Below are positions 40,116 through 49,936 of a stretch of DNA of 64,000 nt, in pieces. Position 1 is the stretch's first letter; every line of letters starts with the position of its first letter. Source of the stretch: Elusimicrobiota bacterium (GTDB taxonomy: Bacteria; Elusimicrobiota; Endomicrobiia; Endomicrobiales; JBDRNC01); NCBI GenBank assembly GCA_043811535.1, contig JBDRNC010000029.1, positions 17,459-81,458 on the forward strand, read 5' to 3'. Both the position numbers and the translations under genes were made by a program. Under the pieces are notes generated by a model, which saw only the letters and a program-made list of their open reading frames with translations, was not told where the DNA came from and made no database searches.

Positions 40116-40661
40116 ATGAAATTCCTTTTCGAGTTCTTCCCTATAATCCTGTTCTTCATAGTCTTCAAGTTCAAGGGCATCTACGCGGCCACCGCGGCGG
40201 CCATAGCGGCCTCGGTCATCCAAATAGCGGTCGCCTACGCGCGCAAGCGCAAGGTGGAGCCCGCGATGCTCATCGGATTCGCCGTGCTTCTCGTGTTCGG
40301 CGGCTTCACGCTTCTCCTGCGCAACGAGGCCTTCATAAAATGGAAACCCACGATACTCTACTGGATATTCGCGGCGGTGATAGGAGGGGCGAGGGCGCTT
40401 TACGGAAAGAATATCATCCGGCTGATGCTCCAGAAACAATTGCAGGTGCCGGAAAACGTGTGGGAGAAAATCAACTGGAGCTGGGGGGGATTCTTCGCTC
40501 TGCTCGGCGGGATAAACCTCTTTGTCGCTTACAACTTCTCAACGGATGTATGGGTGAACTTCAAACTCTTCGGCCTGATGGGCCTCATGTTTATCTTCGT
40601 TATAATCCAGAGCCTCTTCCTCGCCAAATACATCAATCAGCAGAATCCTGAAAGTAAATAA
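40116..40661 (+). CDS. yciB: Inner membrane protein YciB (septation protein A)
   Basis: MKFLFEFFPIILFF, FIKWKPT, WVNFKLFG. Confidence 0.93.
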   Translation: MKFLFEFFPIILFFIVFKFKGIYAATAAAIAASVIQIAVAYARKRKVEPAMLIGFAVLLVFGGFTLLLRNEAFIKWKPTILYWIFAAVIGGARALYGKNIIRLMLQKQLQVPENVWEKINWSWGGFFALLGGINLFVAYNFSTDVWVNFKLFGLMGLMFIFVIIQSLFLAKYINQQNPESK

Positions 40662-40795
40662 TGCAACTTTGAAAAATCCCCCTTTCATCCCCCATATTCC
40701 AGTCCCGAAGTGGCGAAGCCAGTGCGGGACTGGCAGGGCGGCAGGGGAAAGAGGGGGATTTGCTGTAAGTGTTGTAACTTCCTTCTTCCATCTTC

Positions 40796-41998
40796 CTACT
40801 TCCCACTAAGCAATTTCGTAAGAAATTGCTTCTGTTCTTCCGTATTATACAATTTCTTCTCTACCGACGGATGATTGTTCTCGAACAGGCCGTACTTTTT
40901 CTTGAGCGCCAGCACGCGCCTGACGGCCTCGTTCAGACGCTTTTCCGGTATCCGCCCGTCCCCGGCCGCCTTCAGCACGCCGTTCCACGCCTTTTTCTGA
41001 ACCGTCGCGTCGCCCACGAAAAGTATTATGTCAACGCCCGCGTTTAAGCACTGCACGGCCAGCTCGTCCGCGCCTTTCTTCGCCGACATCGCGCCCATGT
41101 TGAAATCGTCCGTCACTATGACACCCTTGAAACCCATCTTGTCCCTCAGCAGTTTCTGCATTATCTCTTTTGAGATCGTGGCAGGCAGGTTTTCGGTACC
41201 CGTCACCCCGGGCGTCATTATGTGCGCCGTCATTATAAGATCCACGTTTTTAGACTTAATCAGCGCCTTGTAGGGGACAAGCTCGCACTTTTCAAGCACG
41301 TCAAGCGTCTTTTTTGTTACGGGAAGGTCCCTGTGAGGGTCCGGCGCGACATCGCCGTATCCCGGAAAATGCTTCGCGCACCCGATGATCCCGCCTTTTT
41401 TGAAACCTTTCATGTACGCGATGCCGAAATCCGCGACGGCATCCGGTTTCTCGCTGAAGGCGCGCCCGTTTTTGGCTATGTGGCTCTTTTTTTCGGTGTT
41501 GACGTCCACAACAGGCGCGAAATTGACGTTGATTCCTATCGCGCGCAGCTGCTGCGCGGTGTACTCGGCAAGTTTTTCCGCCTGATTGAGGTCCAGATTC
41601 GCGCCGACGAATTCTTCGTTGGGATAAGTCACGACGCCGTTCCTGACGCGGTTGACCTTCCCGCCTTCCTGGTCCGTGGCAATCAGAAGGGGGACGCCGT
41701 TGTTGTATTTCGCGGAAAGTTCCTGAAGCCGCGCGGTGAGCGCCGTGATCTGCTCCGCGTCAAGATGGTTGATATCCGCGAAACCCAGGAAGACGTTGCC
41801 GTAATAATACTGCGAAAACACCTCTTCAAAACTGGTTTTCTTGGCGAAGTTGCCCACCATGAACAACTGGCCCACCTTCTGCTCAAGCGACATCCCCTCA
41901 ACAAGCTTGTCCAGTTCCCTGTCGCCCGAAGAGAATATCCACCCGCCCAAAAGGCACAAAACAGAACATAACGCGGTAAGTCCAATTATTTTTTTCAT
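40796..41998 (-). CDS. nagZ: GH3 beta-N-acetylhexosaminidase (NagZ-like)
   Basis: DQEGG.VNR, NFAPVVD, KHFPGYG...DPH, VTDD. Confidence 0.85.
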   Translation of the reverse strand: MKKIIGLTALCSVLCLLGGWIFSSGDRELDKLVEGMSLEQKVGQLFMVGNFAKKTSFEEVFSQYYYGNVFLGFADINHLDAEQITALTARLQELSAKYNNGVPLLIATDQEGGKVNRVRNGVVTYPNEEFVGANLDLNQAEKLAEYTAQQLRAIGINVNFAPVVDVNTEKKSHIAKNGRAFSEKPDAVADFGIAYMKGFKKGGIIGCAKHFPGYGDVAPDPHRDLPVTKKTLDVLEKCELVPYKALIKSKNVDLIMTAHIMTPGVTGTENLPATISKEIMQKLLRDKMGFKGVIVTDDFNMGAMSAKKGADELAVQCLNAGVDIILFVGDATVQKKAWNGVLKAAGDGRIPEKRLNEAVRRVLALKKKYGLFENNHPSVEKKLYNTEEQKQFLTKLLSGK

Positions 41999-42092
41999 GG
42001 TATCCTTTAAAATCCCCTTTTTATTCCCCCTTTAATAAAGGGGGAAAGAGGGGGATTTGCTGTAAGTGTTGTAACTTCCTTCTTCCATCTTC

Positions 42093-43598
42093 CTACTTCC
42101 CACTGATATTCTCATCCTTCCACCCTATATCTCTCAGGAAATCGTCATATCCGCCGTTATACACGCATATTTTATCGTCGTCAAAGACAATAAGCTTCGT
42201 GGCGACGGCGCGCAGATGCATCTCGTTATGCGTTACCATCACGACCGAGCCGTCAAAATCGTCCACCGCCTCTATCAGCGAGTCGCACGACTGCATGTCC
42301 AGGTGGTTCGTGGGCTCGTCCAGGAACAATAGATGGCAAGGCGTCACAAGAAGCTTCCCCAGCAAAACCCTGCTTTTCTCGCCTCCCGACAAAACCTTAA
42401 TCGTCTTGAGCGCGTTGTCCTGCGGGAACATCAGCCCGCCCGCGATATTGCGCGCGGTATTTACGGAACACTTCTTATCGGCGCTCATTATCTCCTCAAG
42501 CACGCTCCTGTCGTCGTCCATATCCATCTTGTTCGTCTGGCCGAAATATCCGTCCTTCAGCGCCGGATGCCTTTTAATATGGCCGCGCAACGGTTTCAAC
42601 TGGTGGGCAAGCAGTTTTATAAGGGTGGATTTACCCTTGCCGTTCTTTCCGACGATGCAGATCCTGTCCCTCTTGCCGATTTCTATGGAGAAGTTGTCTA
42701 TCAGGTAAGGTTTAGAGCTGTTGTATGAAAACGAGATATCCGCCGCCGCCATCATCTTATCGCCGACGAAGTGCGCGCTGTTAAAATACATGTCAAGGTC
42801 CTGTATGCTGCCGAGTTCCTTCATCTCGCTCTGTTTCTCCAGCATCTTGACGCGCGACTGGGCGCGGCTCGCGAAACTGGCCTTCGCCTTGAACCTCGCG
42901 ATGAAAAGCTCCGTCTGCCTGCGCTTTTTCGCTTCGTTCAGCCGGGTCTTCTCGTATATCTCCTCTTCCTTGTTGATCTGGTCGTACAGTTTTTCCGTGT
43001 TGCCTTCAACCTTGCGCGCGATAAAGCGGTGTATGGCGACCGTGTGCGTCGCGACGCTGTCCATGAAACTCCTGTCATGGGTGATGAGAATAAACTCGCC
43101 CTGCCATTCCCGCAGGAATTCTTCCAGCCAGCGGATGGCCACGATATCAAGGTAGTTGGTCGGCTCGTCCAGCAGGAGCATGTCCGGGCGCGAAGCGAGC
43201 AGTTTGGCCAAATTCAGGCGGATCTGGAAGCCGCCGGAAAATTCCGACGGATCGCGGTGCATGTCCTCTTCGGAAAACCCCAGGCCGAAAAGAATCTTTT
43301 CCACTTTCCAGGCGTCGTATTCCTCTTCGGGCGGCAGGCCCAGGCATCCTTCTTCCAGAACCGTCGGCTTGGTGAAATGAATATGCTGTTCCATGTAGCC
43401 GATGCGGTAGTTCTTGGGCATCGTGATGTTTCCGGAGTCCGGCTCGATGCTGCCCAGTATCATCTGGAACAGCATTGACTTGCCGTGGCCGTTCCTTCCC
43501 ACGAGCCCTATCTTCTCGCCGCGGTTGACGTTGAAGCTCAGGTCCTCAAAAAGAACCTGCTCCCCGAAAGATTTGTTAACTTCGTAGAATTTAATCAT
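42093..43598 (-). CDS. ABC-F family ATPase
   Basis: Two ABC domains ([44 protein letters not shown]), no TM domain. Confidence 0.93.
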   Translation of the reverse strand: MIKFYEVNKSFGEQVLFEDLSFNVNRGEKIGLVGRNGHGKSMLFQMILGSIEPDSGNITMPKNYRIGYMEQHIHFTKPTVLEEGCLGLPPEEEYDAWKVEKILFGLGFSEEDMHRDPSEFSGGFQIRLNLAKLLASRPDMLLLDEPTNYLDIVAIRWLEEFLREWQGEFILITHDRSFMDSVATHTVAIHRFIARKVEGNTEKLYDQINKEEEIYEKTRLNEAKKRRQTELFIARFKAKASFASRAQSRVKMLEKQSEMKELGSIQDLDMYFNSAHFVGDKMMAAADISFSYNSSKPYLIDNFSIEIGKRDRICIVGKNGKGKSTLIKLLAHQLKPLRGHIKRHPALKDGYFGQTNKMDMDDDRSVLEEIMSADKKCSVNTARNIAGGLMFPQDNALKTIKVLSGGEKSRVLLGKLLVTPCHLLFLDEPTNHLDMQSCDSLIEAVDDFDGSVVMVTHNEMHLRAVATKLIVFDDDKICVYNGGYDDFLRDIGWKDENISGK

Positions 43599-43726
43599 TG
43601 TTTTCCTATAATTCTCTCCCTTTCACAAAGGGAGATTAAGAGGGATTTATCAAAAAGTATATTGGGGGATTTACAAATCTCCCCTGACCCCTCTTTCTTA
43701 AAGAGGGGGAATAATATGTAGTGTCG

Positions 43727-43957
43727 TTAATAATTGAAAATGTCTTTGACCGTAAAATTATTGCCCGGCTTTGCCTTATTAAGGGCTCGCAGTATCTTTA
43801 TCTGCGCGTTAAGCGTCAGCCGCCTGCCCTTGCGCCCCTTGTTAACCATCTTATGGGTCAATTGTTCGGTTGAGGCGAGCGTGAGCTCGTCGTTTGATAT
43901 CCCGAGCCGCGCCATGATGCCGTCCAGCGGCTGAACCCCCAGTTCCATGTTGTCCAT
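43727..43957 (-). CDS. Small hypothetical protein
   Basis: QPLD...STEQLTHKMVNKGRKGRRLT; probable start ATG 43957. Confidence 0.7.
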   Translation of the reverse strand: MDNMELGVQPLDGIMARLGISNDELTLASTEQLTHKMVNKGRKGRRLTLNAQIKILRALNKAKPGNNFTVKDIFNY

Positions 43958-44098
43958 AATAATGCCGTATCTTGTATCTAATAAAGACATTCCAAGATTT
44001 AAAGATTGAAAGATTCCAAGATTAATGATTAACGACTTATAATATAATTGCCTTTTACCTTGAACGAGATACGAACGACGAGATACGAGATGCGGTTG

Positions 44099-44677
44099 TT
44101 ATTTAAGTATTTTTGCCTTGCTAAGCAGTTTTTTGTAGCCGTCCCTGCCGAGAATATCCGTCAATTCCTTCTTGCAGGAAATATATACCGGAGGAGACTT
44201 CCTATTTTTTGAATCCATAAGGCAAGCCAGATTTTTCCATCTGTAGAATGTTATCCTGTTGCCTATCTGGTCAAACGGGAACAACCAGCAGCCTTCCGGC
44301 TTAAACTGATACTTCATTTTACGCTCACTGCAGTATCTCTGGAGCGCGCAGCCGCCCTTATCGGAATAATTGAGGAACACGCACCTGCCCTTCACTGTCC
44401 GCACGCTGTAATGCCTGTGCGCGGAGTCAAAGTCAGACCTCTTATAAATTGAGGAAGAATGGAACCCTCTTTTCCTGACTACCTTGACGGCTTCCGGGCG
44501 CATCATCGGAAAAAGCTCCGGCAGCGCCTTGTTTATCTTTGCTATCCTGACCTCTCCCATCATGCAGCCGTTGGCGCAGCAGGCATGCCTGCACGCGGCA
44601 AGGTCGCACGGGGCGAATTTCCTGGTAAACATCGCTTTAGGTATTACAATCCCGTTGATGATGATTTTTTTATTCAT
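44099..44677 (-). CDS. DUF3109-like Cys-rich protein
   Basis: CDLAACRHACCANG, CVFL, CALQ, KPEGCWLFP. Confidence 0.75.
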   Translation of the reverse strand: MNKKIIINGIVIPKAMFTRKFAPCDLAACRHACCANGCMMGEVRIAKINKALPELFPMMRPEAVKVVRKRGFHSSSIYKRSDFDSAHRHYSVRTVKGRCVFLNYSDKGGCALQRYCSERKMKYQFKPEGCWLFPFDQIGNRITFYRWKNLACLMDSKNRKSPPVYISCKKELTDILGRDGYKKLLSKAKILK

Positions 44678-44768
44678 GATTCCTTTAATCTTCCCTCTTT
44701 TCAAAAGAGGGAATGAGGGAGATTTTTTATGTTTTCCCGCTAACTAAATGCGGGAATGACAGGTATTT

Positions 44769-46739
44769 TCACCGTTGTTTAAATCTTCTATTGTTTGCTT
44801 CCGTCTTCCATCTTCCGTCTTCCAGCTTATTTGGCATCTGCGGCTTATTCGCCGTTGTCAACCCAATCTTTCCTTCAACGGTATCCACGGTTTCCACGAT
44901 AACTTTTACCTTGTCACCCAGCTTGAGGTTGGTCACGCGCAGGAAACCCTCCGCCCCCGTATCCCCGCACCGCACGAAAGTGCCGCTGTCTATGACCGAT
45001 ACCACCGTTCCTTCCATCACCGCGCCTATCATCTTCTTGAAAAGTTCCGCGCGCATGATATCCACTGACTTATGCTCCGCGTCCGCCGCCGCGCGTTCGC
45101 GCTCCGAGCAGTGCTCGCCCGCCTCGACAAGCGTGGGCACGCCGTGCGCCCCGTGGCTCTCTTTCTTCCCGGACAGCAGCGCCTTTATCGCGCGGTGCGC
45201 CGTCAGGTCCGGGTACCTTCTTATGGGGGAAGTAAAATGCGCGTATGCCTTGGCCGCGATGCCGAAATGCCCAAGGGACTCCGGCGAGTACACCGCCTGC
45301 ATCATGCTTCGCACCATGAGCGAATTTATTACGTCCTCAAGCGGATGGCCCTGCGCCTGCCTCAGAATATCCTGCAATGCTTTGTGCGTGTTCGCGCCCT
45401 GCAGGTGCCCCGCGGTCAAACCCAATCCGCCAAGCTCCTTTGCCAGCGCCTTGATCTTATCGGGGTCCGGCACATCGTGCCGGCGGTGCAGGAACGGGGC
45501 GTGCACGGCCATCAGTTCGGTCGCTATCGCCTCGTTCGCCAGAAGCATGAATTCCTCAATAAGGCGGTGGCTATGCAGTCTCTGGCGCGTCACAACCCTC
45601 AGCGGCTTGCCCCCGGCGTCCAGCTCAACTTTATATTCGGGAAGATTGAAATCCAGCGCGCCCCTGATAACCCTGCACTTGTACAGCACGCCCGCAAGCG
45701 CGCCCATGCGCGTGACGGATTCAGCCGCGGCTTTGGGCACATCGGCAACGTGCCCGCCGTCAAGAAGCGTCTGGACCTCTTCGTAAGTGAACCGCCTGCA
45801 GGAGCGTATGACGGTATTTGCCATGCGCCGCTTTATAACCCGGCCATCGGCGTTGATATCCATGAAGACCGAGACCGTAAGCCGCTCCTGAAAAGGCACA
45901 AGACTGCAAAGATTGTTTGATAATGAAGGGGGGAGCATCGGCACGACGCGGTCGGGCAGGTACACGCTCGTCCCGCGCTCGTAGGCCTCTCTATCAAGGG
46001 GGGAACCGGCTTTAACGTAATGCGCGACGTCGGCAATATGCACGCCGAGCCGGGTTGTATTTTCGTTCAGGATTTCAAGCGAGACCGCGTCGTCAAAATC
46101 CTTGGCGTCGGCCCCGTCTATGGTAACAACCGGAAGATTGAACAACTCTTCGCGCCCGCGCCAGTCCGCCGATTCCAATTTATCCGGGAATGTATTGCTC
46201 TGAAGAAGGACTTCTTTGGGAAATTTATCGTTTATGCTTTTTGAGCGCAACAGCATTGTAATGCGCGCGGTCACGTCGTCCGGCCGGCCGAGGATTTCCA
46301 TCACCATCCCCGCGGCGCCCAATCTTTCCGTTGGCCAGCGCGTCACCTTGAGTACCGCGAGAGCCCCTTCCTCAGGCGTGATTTTATGCGTGAAACCCAG
46401 CACGTCGGTTATGTTCCCGCCGTTTTTCTCGCTGACAACGGCCCACCCGCGCGAAAACTTCCTGAGCACGCCGGTAATATTTTTATGGGCGCGCTCAAGC
46501 ACCTGCACAATCTCGCCCGCGAACCGGCCGTCGGCCTCGCGGTGCGCCCGCGCCGAAACGCGGTCGCCGTCCATGGCAAGGCTGAGCCCGCGCCCGTGCA
46601 GAAAGACGTCGTCGCCGCCTTTTTTCTCCGCGAGTAGGAAAGCGAACCGCCCGTGATGCTGTATCACGCCCTCAACAAGGGTTCCTTTCCTCTGCTCGGA
46701 CTTCTTTTCGGAGCGTCTCCGCCCGTGATGTTTTCTCAT
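44769..46739 (-). CDS. rnr: Ribonuclease R (VacB/RNase II family)
   Basis: TIDGADAKDFDDA, VHIADV, GTSVY, IEEFMLLAN, YAHFTSPIRRYPD, short S1 domain. Confidence 0.93.
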   Translation of the reverse strand: MRKHHGRRRSEKKSEQRKGTLVEGVIQHHGRFAFLLAEKKGGDDVFLHGRGLSLAMDGDRVSARAHREADGRFAGEIVQVLERAHKNITGVLRKFSRGWAVVSEKNGGNITDVLGFTHKITPEEGALAVLKVTRWPTERLGAAGMVMEILGRPDDVTARITMLLRSKSINDKFPKEVLLQSNTFPDKLESADWRGREELFNLPVVTIDGADAKDFDDAVSLEILNENTTRLGVHIADVAHYVKAGSPLDREAYERGTSVYLPDRVVPMLPPSLSNNLCSLVPFQERLTVSVFMDINADGRVIKRRMANTVIRSCRRFTYEEVQTLLDGGHVADVPKAAAESVTRMGALAGVLYKCRVIRGALDFNLPEYKVELDAGGKPLRVVTRQRLHSHRLIEEFMLLANEAIATELMAVHAPFLHRRHDVPDPDKIKALAKELGGLGLTAGHLQGANTHKALQDILRQAQGHPLEDVINSLMVRSMMQAVYSPESLGHFGIAAKAYAHFTSPIRRYPDLTAHRAIKALLSGKKESHGAHGVPTLVEAGEHCSERERAAADAEHKSVDIMRAELFKKMIGAVMEGTVVSVIDSGTFVRCGDTGAEGFLRVTNLKLGDKVKVIVETVDTVEGKIGLTTANKPQMPNKLEDGRWKTEANNRRFKQR

Positions 46740-46981
46740 AGCTTTAATCTGTTTACCATACTTCCTCCCTCCTTGCGGGGGAGGATGAGGTGGGGGGTGT
46801 GAAAATATTCTTTTTCATCCCCCTTTATTAAAGGGGGAAACAAGGGGATTTGTCGTAAGTCGTAAGTAGTTAATTTGTAATCCCGCGGTGCGGGACTTCG
46901 TTAAGTATTAAAGATGTGGTCGTCTGTAATTTGTAATTGTCGTTGTAGCAATCAGCAATTAGCAATTAGCAATTATAGTCG

Positions 46982-47203
46982 TTAAATCGTTCCTTCTTCC
47001 TTCTTCAAACTTCCATCTTCCGTCTGTATGTTCCCTTCTTCCTTCTTCAAACTTCCATCTTCCGTCTGGATGTTTACTGCTCCCTGCGCAGGGTCAACCG
47101 GTTCATTGGCCTTATTAAGTTTTCTCAATCTTTTCTCTTCATTCTTTTTCTTTTTCTTCATCTCTTTCTGTTGTTTCGCCCAACCGTAATTTGTCCTTTG
47201 CAT
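46982..47203 (-). CDS. Small basic hypothetical protein with repeat-derived duplicated tail
   Basis: RBS AAGGAAGG; NYGWAKQQKEMKKKKKNEEKR; NIQTEDGSLKKEEG twice. Confidence 0.7.
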   Translation of the reverse strand: MQRTNYGWAKQQKEMKKKKKNEEKRLRKLNKANEPVDPAQGAVNIQTEDGSLKKEEGNIQTEDGSLKKEEGTI

Positions 47204-47220
47204 TTTACCTTCCTTTATCT

Positions 47221-48249
47221 TTATTTTTCAGGCCTATGTTTATTTGCGTTTCGAAAACTTCCAAACGGGTGCTTGCTTCTTACACTTGGACTATGCTGGC
47301 GGTACGGACGCTCGTCGCGGCGGATGAAGCGATCTCTGGCCTTGAAATCCTCCTTTCGTCCCCCTTTGGAAAAGGGGGAAAGAGGGGGATTTGTCGTCGG
47401 TCGTTCCGTCTTCCATCTTCCTTCTTCCGTCTTCATACTTCGCGCATTCCTAGGCGCGAAACTGGGCCTGCTGCTATCCTGTTTCAAAAAACTTCCAAAC
47501 GGGTGCTTGCTTCTTACACTTGGACTATGCTGGCGGTACGGACGTTCGTCGCGGCGGATGAAGCGATCTCTGGCCTTGAAATCCTCCTTTCGTCCCCCTT
47601 TGCTAAAGTCAATGATCCGCCGTGGCGGAGGGGAAAGAGGGGGATTTGTCGTCGGTCGTTCCGTCTTCCATCTTCCTTCTTCCGTCTTTCTGTTTCCTGT
47701 TGCATTCGGGCCGTGCTGTTTTCTAAAACCGGGCTTAAACTCCGGCTTTTCTCTCCGATCATATGTTGTATTCACTGCCTTGCCCTGGTAGACCGGTCTC
47801 TGCGCGACAGCAGGCCGCGGGGAGATAGGCAGCGGCGCGATGGGCTTGCCAACATATCTGTTTGTCATCCCCGCGCGGTTCCGCTCTCGGGGTGGCCCTA
47901 GTCCCGAAGTGGCGAAGCCAGTGCGGGACTGGCCGGGTGGCTTGGGGCGTCTGGATGTCCAGTCGTTGTTGTTAAGTCGTTCCGTCTTCCATCTTCCGTC
48001 TTCCGTCTTCATAGTCCCTGCCATTTTCACCCTTACCGGAACTTTCAATATCTGTGTGTGATGCAGTGCCTTTATAGCGGCCTTGCCCTCGGCTTGATCC
48101 GGCATTTCAACAAACCCGAATCTTTTTGATTGTCCGGTCGCCTTATCCATTACAACGGTAGCCGAACTGACCGTCCCGAATTTACCGAAATGTTCCTTCA
48201 GTATTTCTTCAGTGACAAACTTAGACAGATTACAAACCTGTATTTTCAT
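47221..48249 (-). CDS. RRM RNA-binding protein with a long repeat-derived basic tail
   Basis: KIQVCNL (RNP2), KRFGFVEM (RNP1); tail made of KTEEGRWKTE and TNPPLSP..KGG repeat translations. Confidence 0.8.
   Translation of the reverse strand: MKIQVCNLSKFVTEEILKEHFGKFGTVSSATVVMDKATGQSKRFGFVEMPDQAEGKAAIKALHHTQILKVPVRVKMAGTMKTEDGRWKTERLNNNDWTSRRPKPPGQSRTGFATSGLGPPRERNRAGMTNRYVGKPIAPLPISPRPAVAQRPVYQGKAVNTTYDRREKPEFKPGFRKQHGPNATGNRKTEEGRWKTERPTTNPPLSPPPRRIIDFSKGGRKEDFKARDRFIRRDERPYRQHSPSVRSKHPFGSFLKQDSSRPSFAPRNARSMKTEEGRWKTERPTTNPPLSPFSKGGRKEDFKARDRFIRRDERPYRQHSPSVRSKHPFGSFRNANKHRPEK
47254..47688. repeat. Direct repeat of 180 bp (47254-47433) and 201 bp (47488-47688)
   Basis: Near-identical sequence; second copy has a 21-bp insert at 47609-47629. 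Confidence 0.9.
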
Positions 48250-48279
48250 GAATTTCCTTCTCCTCGTTCGTTCTATCCC

Positions 48280-48825
48280 CTAGTTGCCGACTTTCAATTT
48301 TTTAAAAAACAAATCATACTTGTCTATATGTTTTTCCTGTTTAGCCCAATTCTCAATTTCAGATAAATCTATCTTGTTTTCTTGTTTTTTTGCCACTAAA
48401 ACGGCCTGTTCTAATGATTGGTAATCATTCCAGTGGAAAAAAGCCGCAAGTCTGTCTTTAACGCAATCAGTCGGAGTCAGCAGTTTCAAAGTTCCCAAGC
48501 CGGTGCGCACAATCTCGGTTTTTCTGACCGGCTGCCCGCCTATTGCAAGCGGCGGGGGGATAAAATCCAGGATATAGGCGCAGTCGGAATGAATATAATG
48601 CCTTGTCGACTTTCTTCTGAAGCCAATCTCATCCAGCGCGGCATCAATTTGCTTCAAAGGAGCGTCGGTGACAAAATCAACGTCAAGAGAAACGTATTTA
48701 TTGGCGCTGTAAATGGAAACGCAGGCGCCGCCGACAAGAGTGCAATCGATATCGCGCGCAGACAAATGCCCGGCGACGATATTCGCGACCCCTTTTATGT
48801 CAAGTTTCTTCCAGTTTATCTTCAT
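48280..48825 (-). CDS. Putative nucleotidyltransferase-fold protein (type IV TA toxin-like)
   Basis: LVGGACVSIYS...SLDVDFV motif, TPTDCVKDRLAAF. Confidence 0.7.
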   Translation of the reverse strand: MKINWKKLDIKGVANIVAGHLSARDIDCTLVGGACVSIYSANKYVSLDVDFVTDAPLKQIDAALDEIGFRRKSTRHYIHSDCAYILDFIPPPLAIGGQPVRKTEIVRTGLGTLKLLTPTDCVKDRLAAFFHWNDYQSLEQAVLVAKKQENKIDLSEIENWAKQEKHIDKYDLFFKKLKVGN

Positions 48826-48974
48826 AAATCCCCCATTTATCAGTCATACTTGATTAGAAGTAAGTTGTAAAATAGTATCTTTTGTAGTTGCCGTTACCAG
48901 ATACCAGATACCAGACGACCAACACTGATGCAATTTAATCGAAGTACCCGTTATAGGGTATACGAGATACTGTC

Positions 48975-49304
48975 TTATATCGGCTTTCCGGCCCTTCTCG
49001 GCCTGGTTCTTTGCATGTAATACTGCCTTATCTCTTTTTCAGGAAGGAAATCAAATGTTTTGTTCAGAAGCGCTCGCAATTCGTTCAGCAGAGGATAGCG
49101 CGGATTGAACTTGTATAGACGGACATTGCCGTACAACCTGCTGGCCACAACACCGCCTGTTTCCAGCCTTTTCAACTGCTGCTGTACGCCGTTGACGCGG
49201 ATATTGAAATCCTGAGCTATCTTCATAGGGTAACCCTCGCCATAGCGCTCAAGATAAAGAAGAATTTTCTCAACCGTTTTATTCCCGAATACAAATTCAA
49301 GCAT
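48975..49304 (-). CDS. Winged-helix (ArsR-like) regulator/antitoxin
   Basis: MLEFVFGNKTVEKILLYL, QQQLKRLE.GGVV.SR..GNVRLY.FNP.YP. Confidence 0.8.
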   Translation of the reverse strand: MLEFVFGNKTVEKILLYLERYGEGYPMKIAQDFNIRVNGVQQQLKRLETGGVVASRLYGNVRLYKFNPRYPLLNELRALLNKTFDFLPEKEIRQYYMQRTRPRRAGKPI

Positions 49305-49323
49305 TTATTACCTCCTGCGTATA

Positions 49324-49368
49324 ACCATAATATATGGTAATCCTACCATATATTATGGTAAGCGTCAA
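49324..49368 (-). promoter_or_regulatory. Promoter with tandem palindromic operators (ACCATAATATATGGT / ACCATATATTATGGT)
   Basis: TTGACG, 17 bp spacer, TAGGAT; two palindromes centred 21 bp apart. Confidence 0.75.
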
Positions 49369-49704
49369 GAGAGTCAGGATAAATATTTTTATAGGTCACA
49401 GGTAAAGGGGGAAGCAATACCTATTACGGTGTTATTATACCATAACTATGGTAATAATATACCATGACAAAGAAAGGCAAATAAGTGTACCGTCGCAACT
49501 GCGCTGCGAAGCGCCCTTCTGCGTTAGTGTCCTTTAGGATAGGGTAGGCGACCTATTCTAATGAATGTGAATTGAAGCGACCCTCAACTATTCATATTCA
49601 TTGAAGCACCCAATTTAGGGTGTACCCGACAGGGTATTGAATTGGTTGGGGAGGGTAGTCATTGCGAGGAACGCAGTGACGAAGCAATCTTTGGTCTTTC
49701 TGTC

Positions 49705-49771
49705 TGTCATCCCCGAGGTCTTAATCGGGGATCCAATTATATTAATGGATTCCCGATTACACGGGAATGAC
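49705..49771. repeat. GTCATCCCC..GGGGATCC..GGATTCCC..GGGAATGAC palindromic element; half copy at 44733-44760
   Basis: Nested inverted repeats visible directly. Confidence 0.75.
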
Positions 49772-49936
49772 AATTCAAAAAGGGGGAGGTGAAAAACGGA
49801 AGACGGAAGTTTTAGCAATCAACAATTAGCAATTAGCAATCTACAATTGCCGTTGAGTCGTTACTAGATGCTAGATACTAGATACGAGACGACCAACACT
49901 GATGCAATTTAATCGAAGTACCCGTTATAGGGTATA

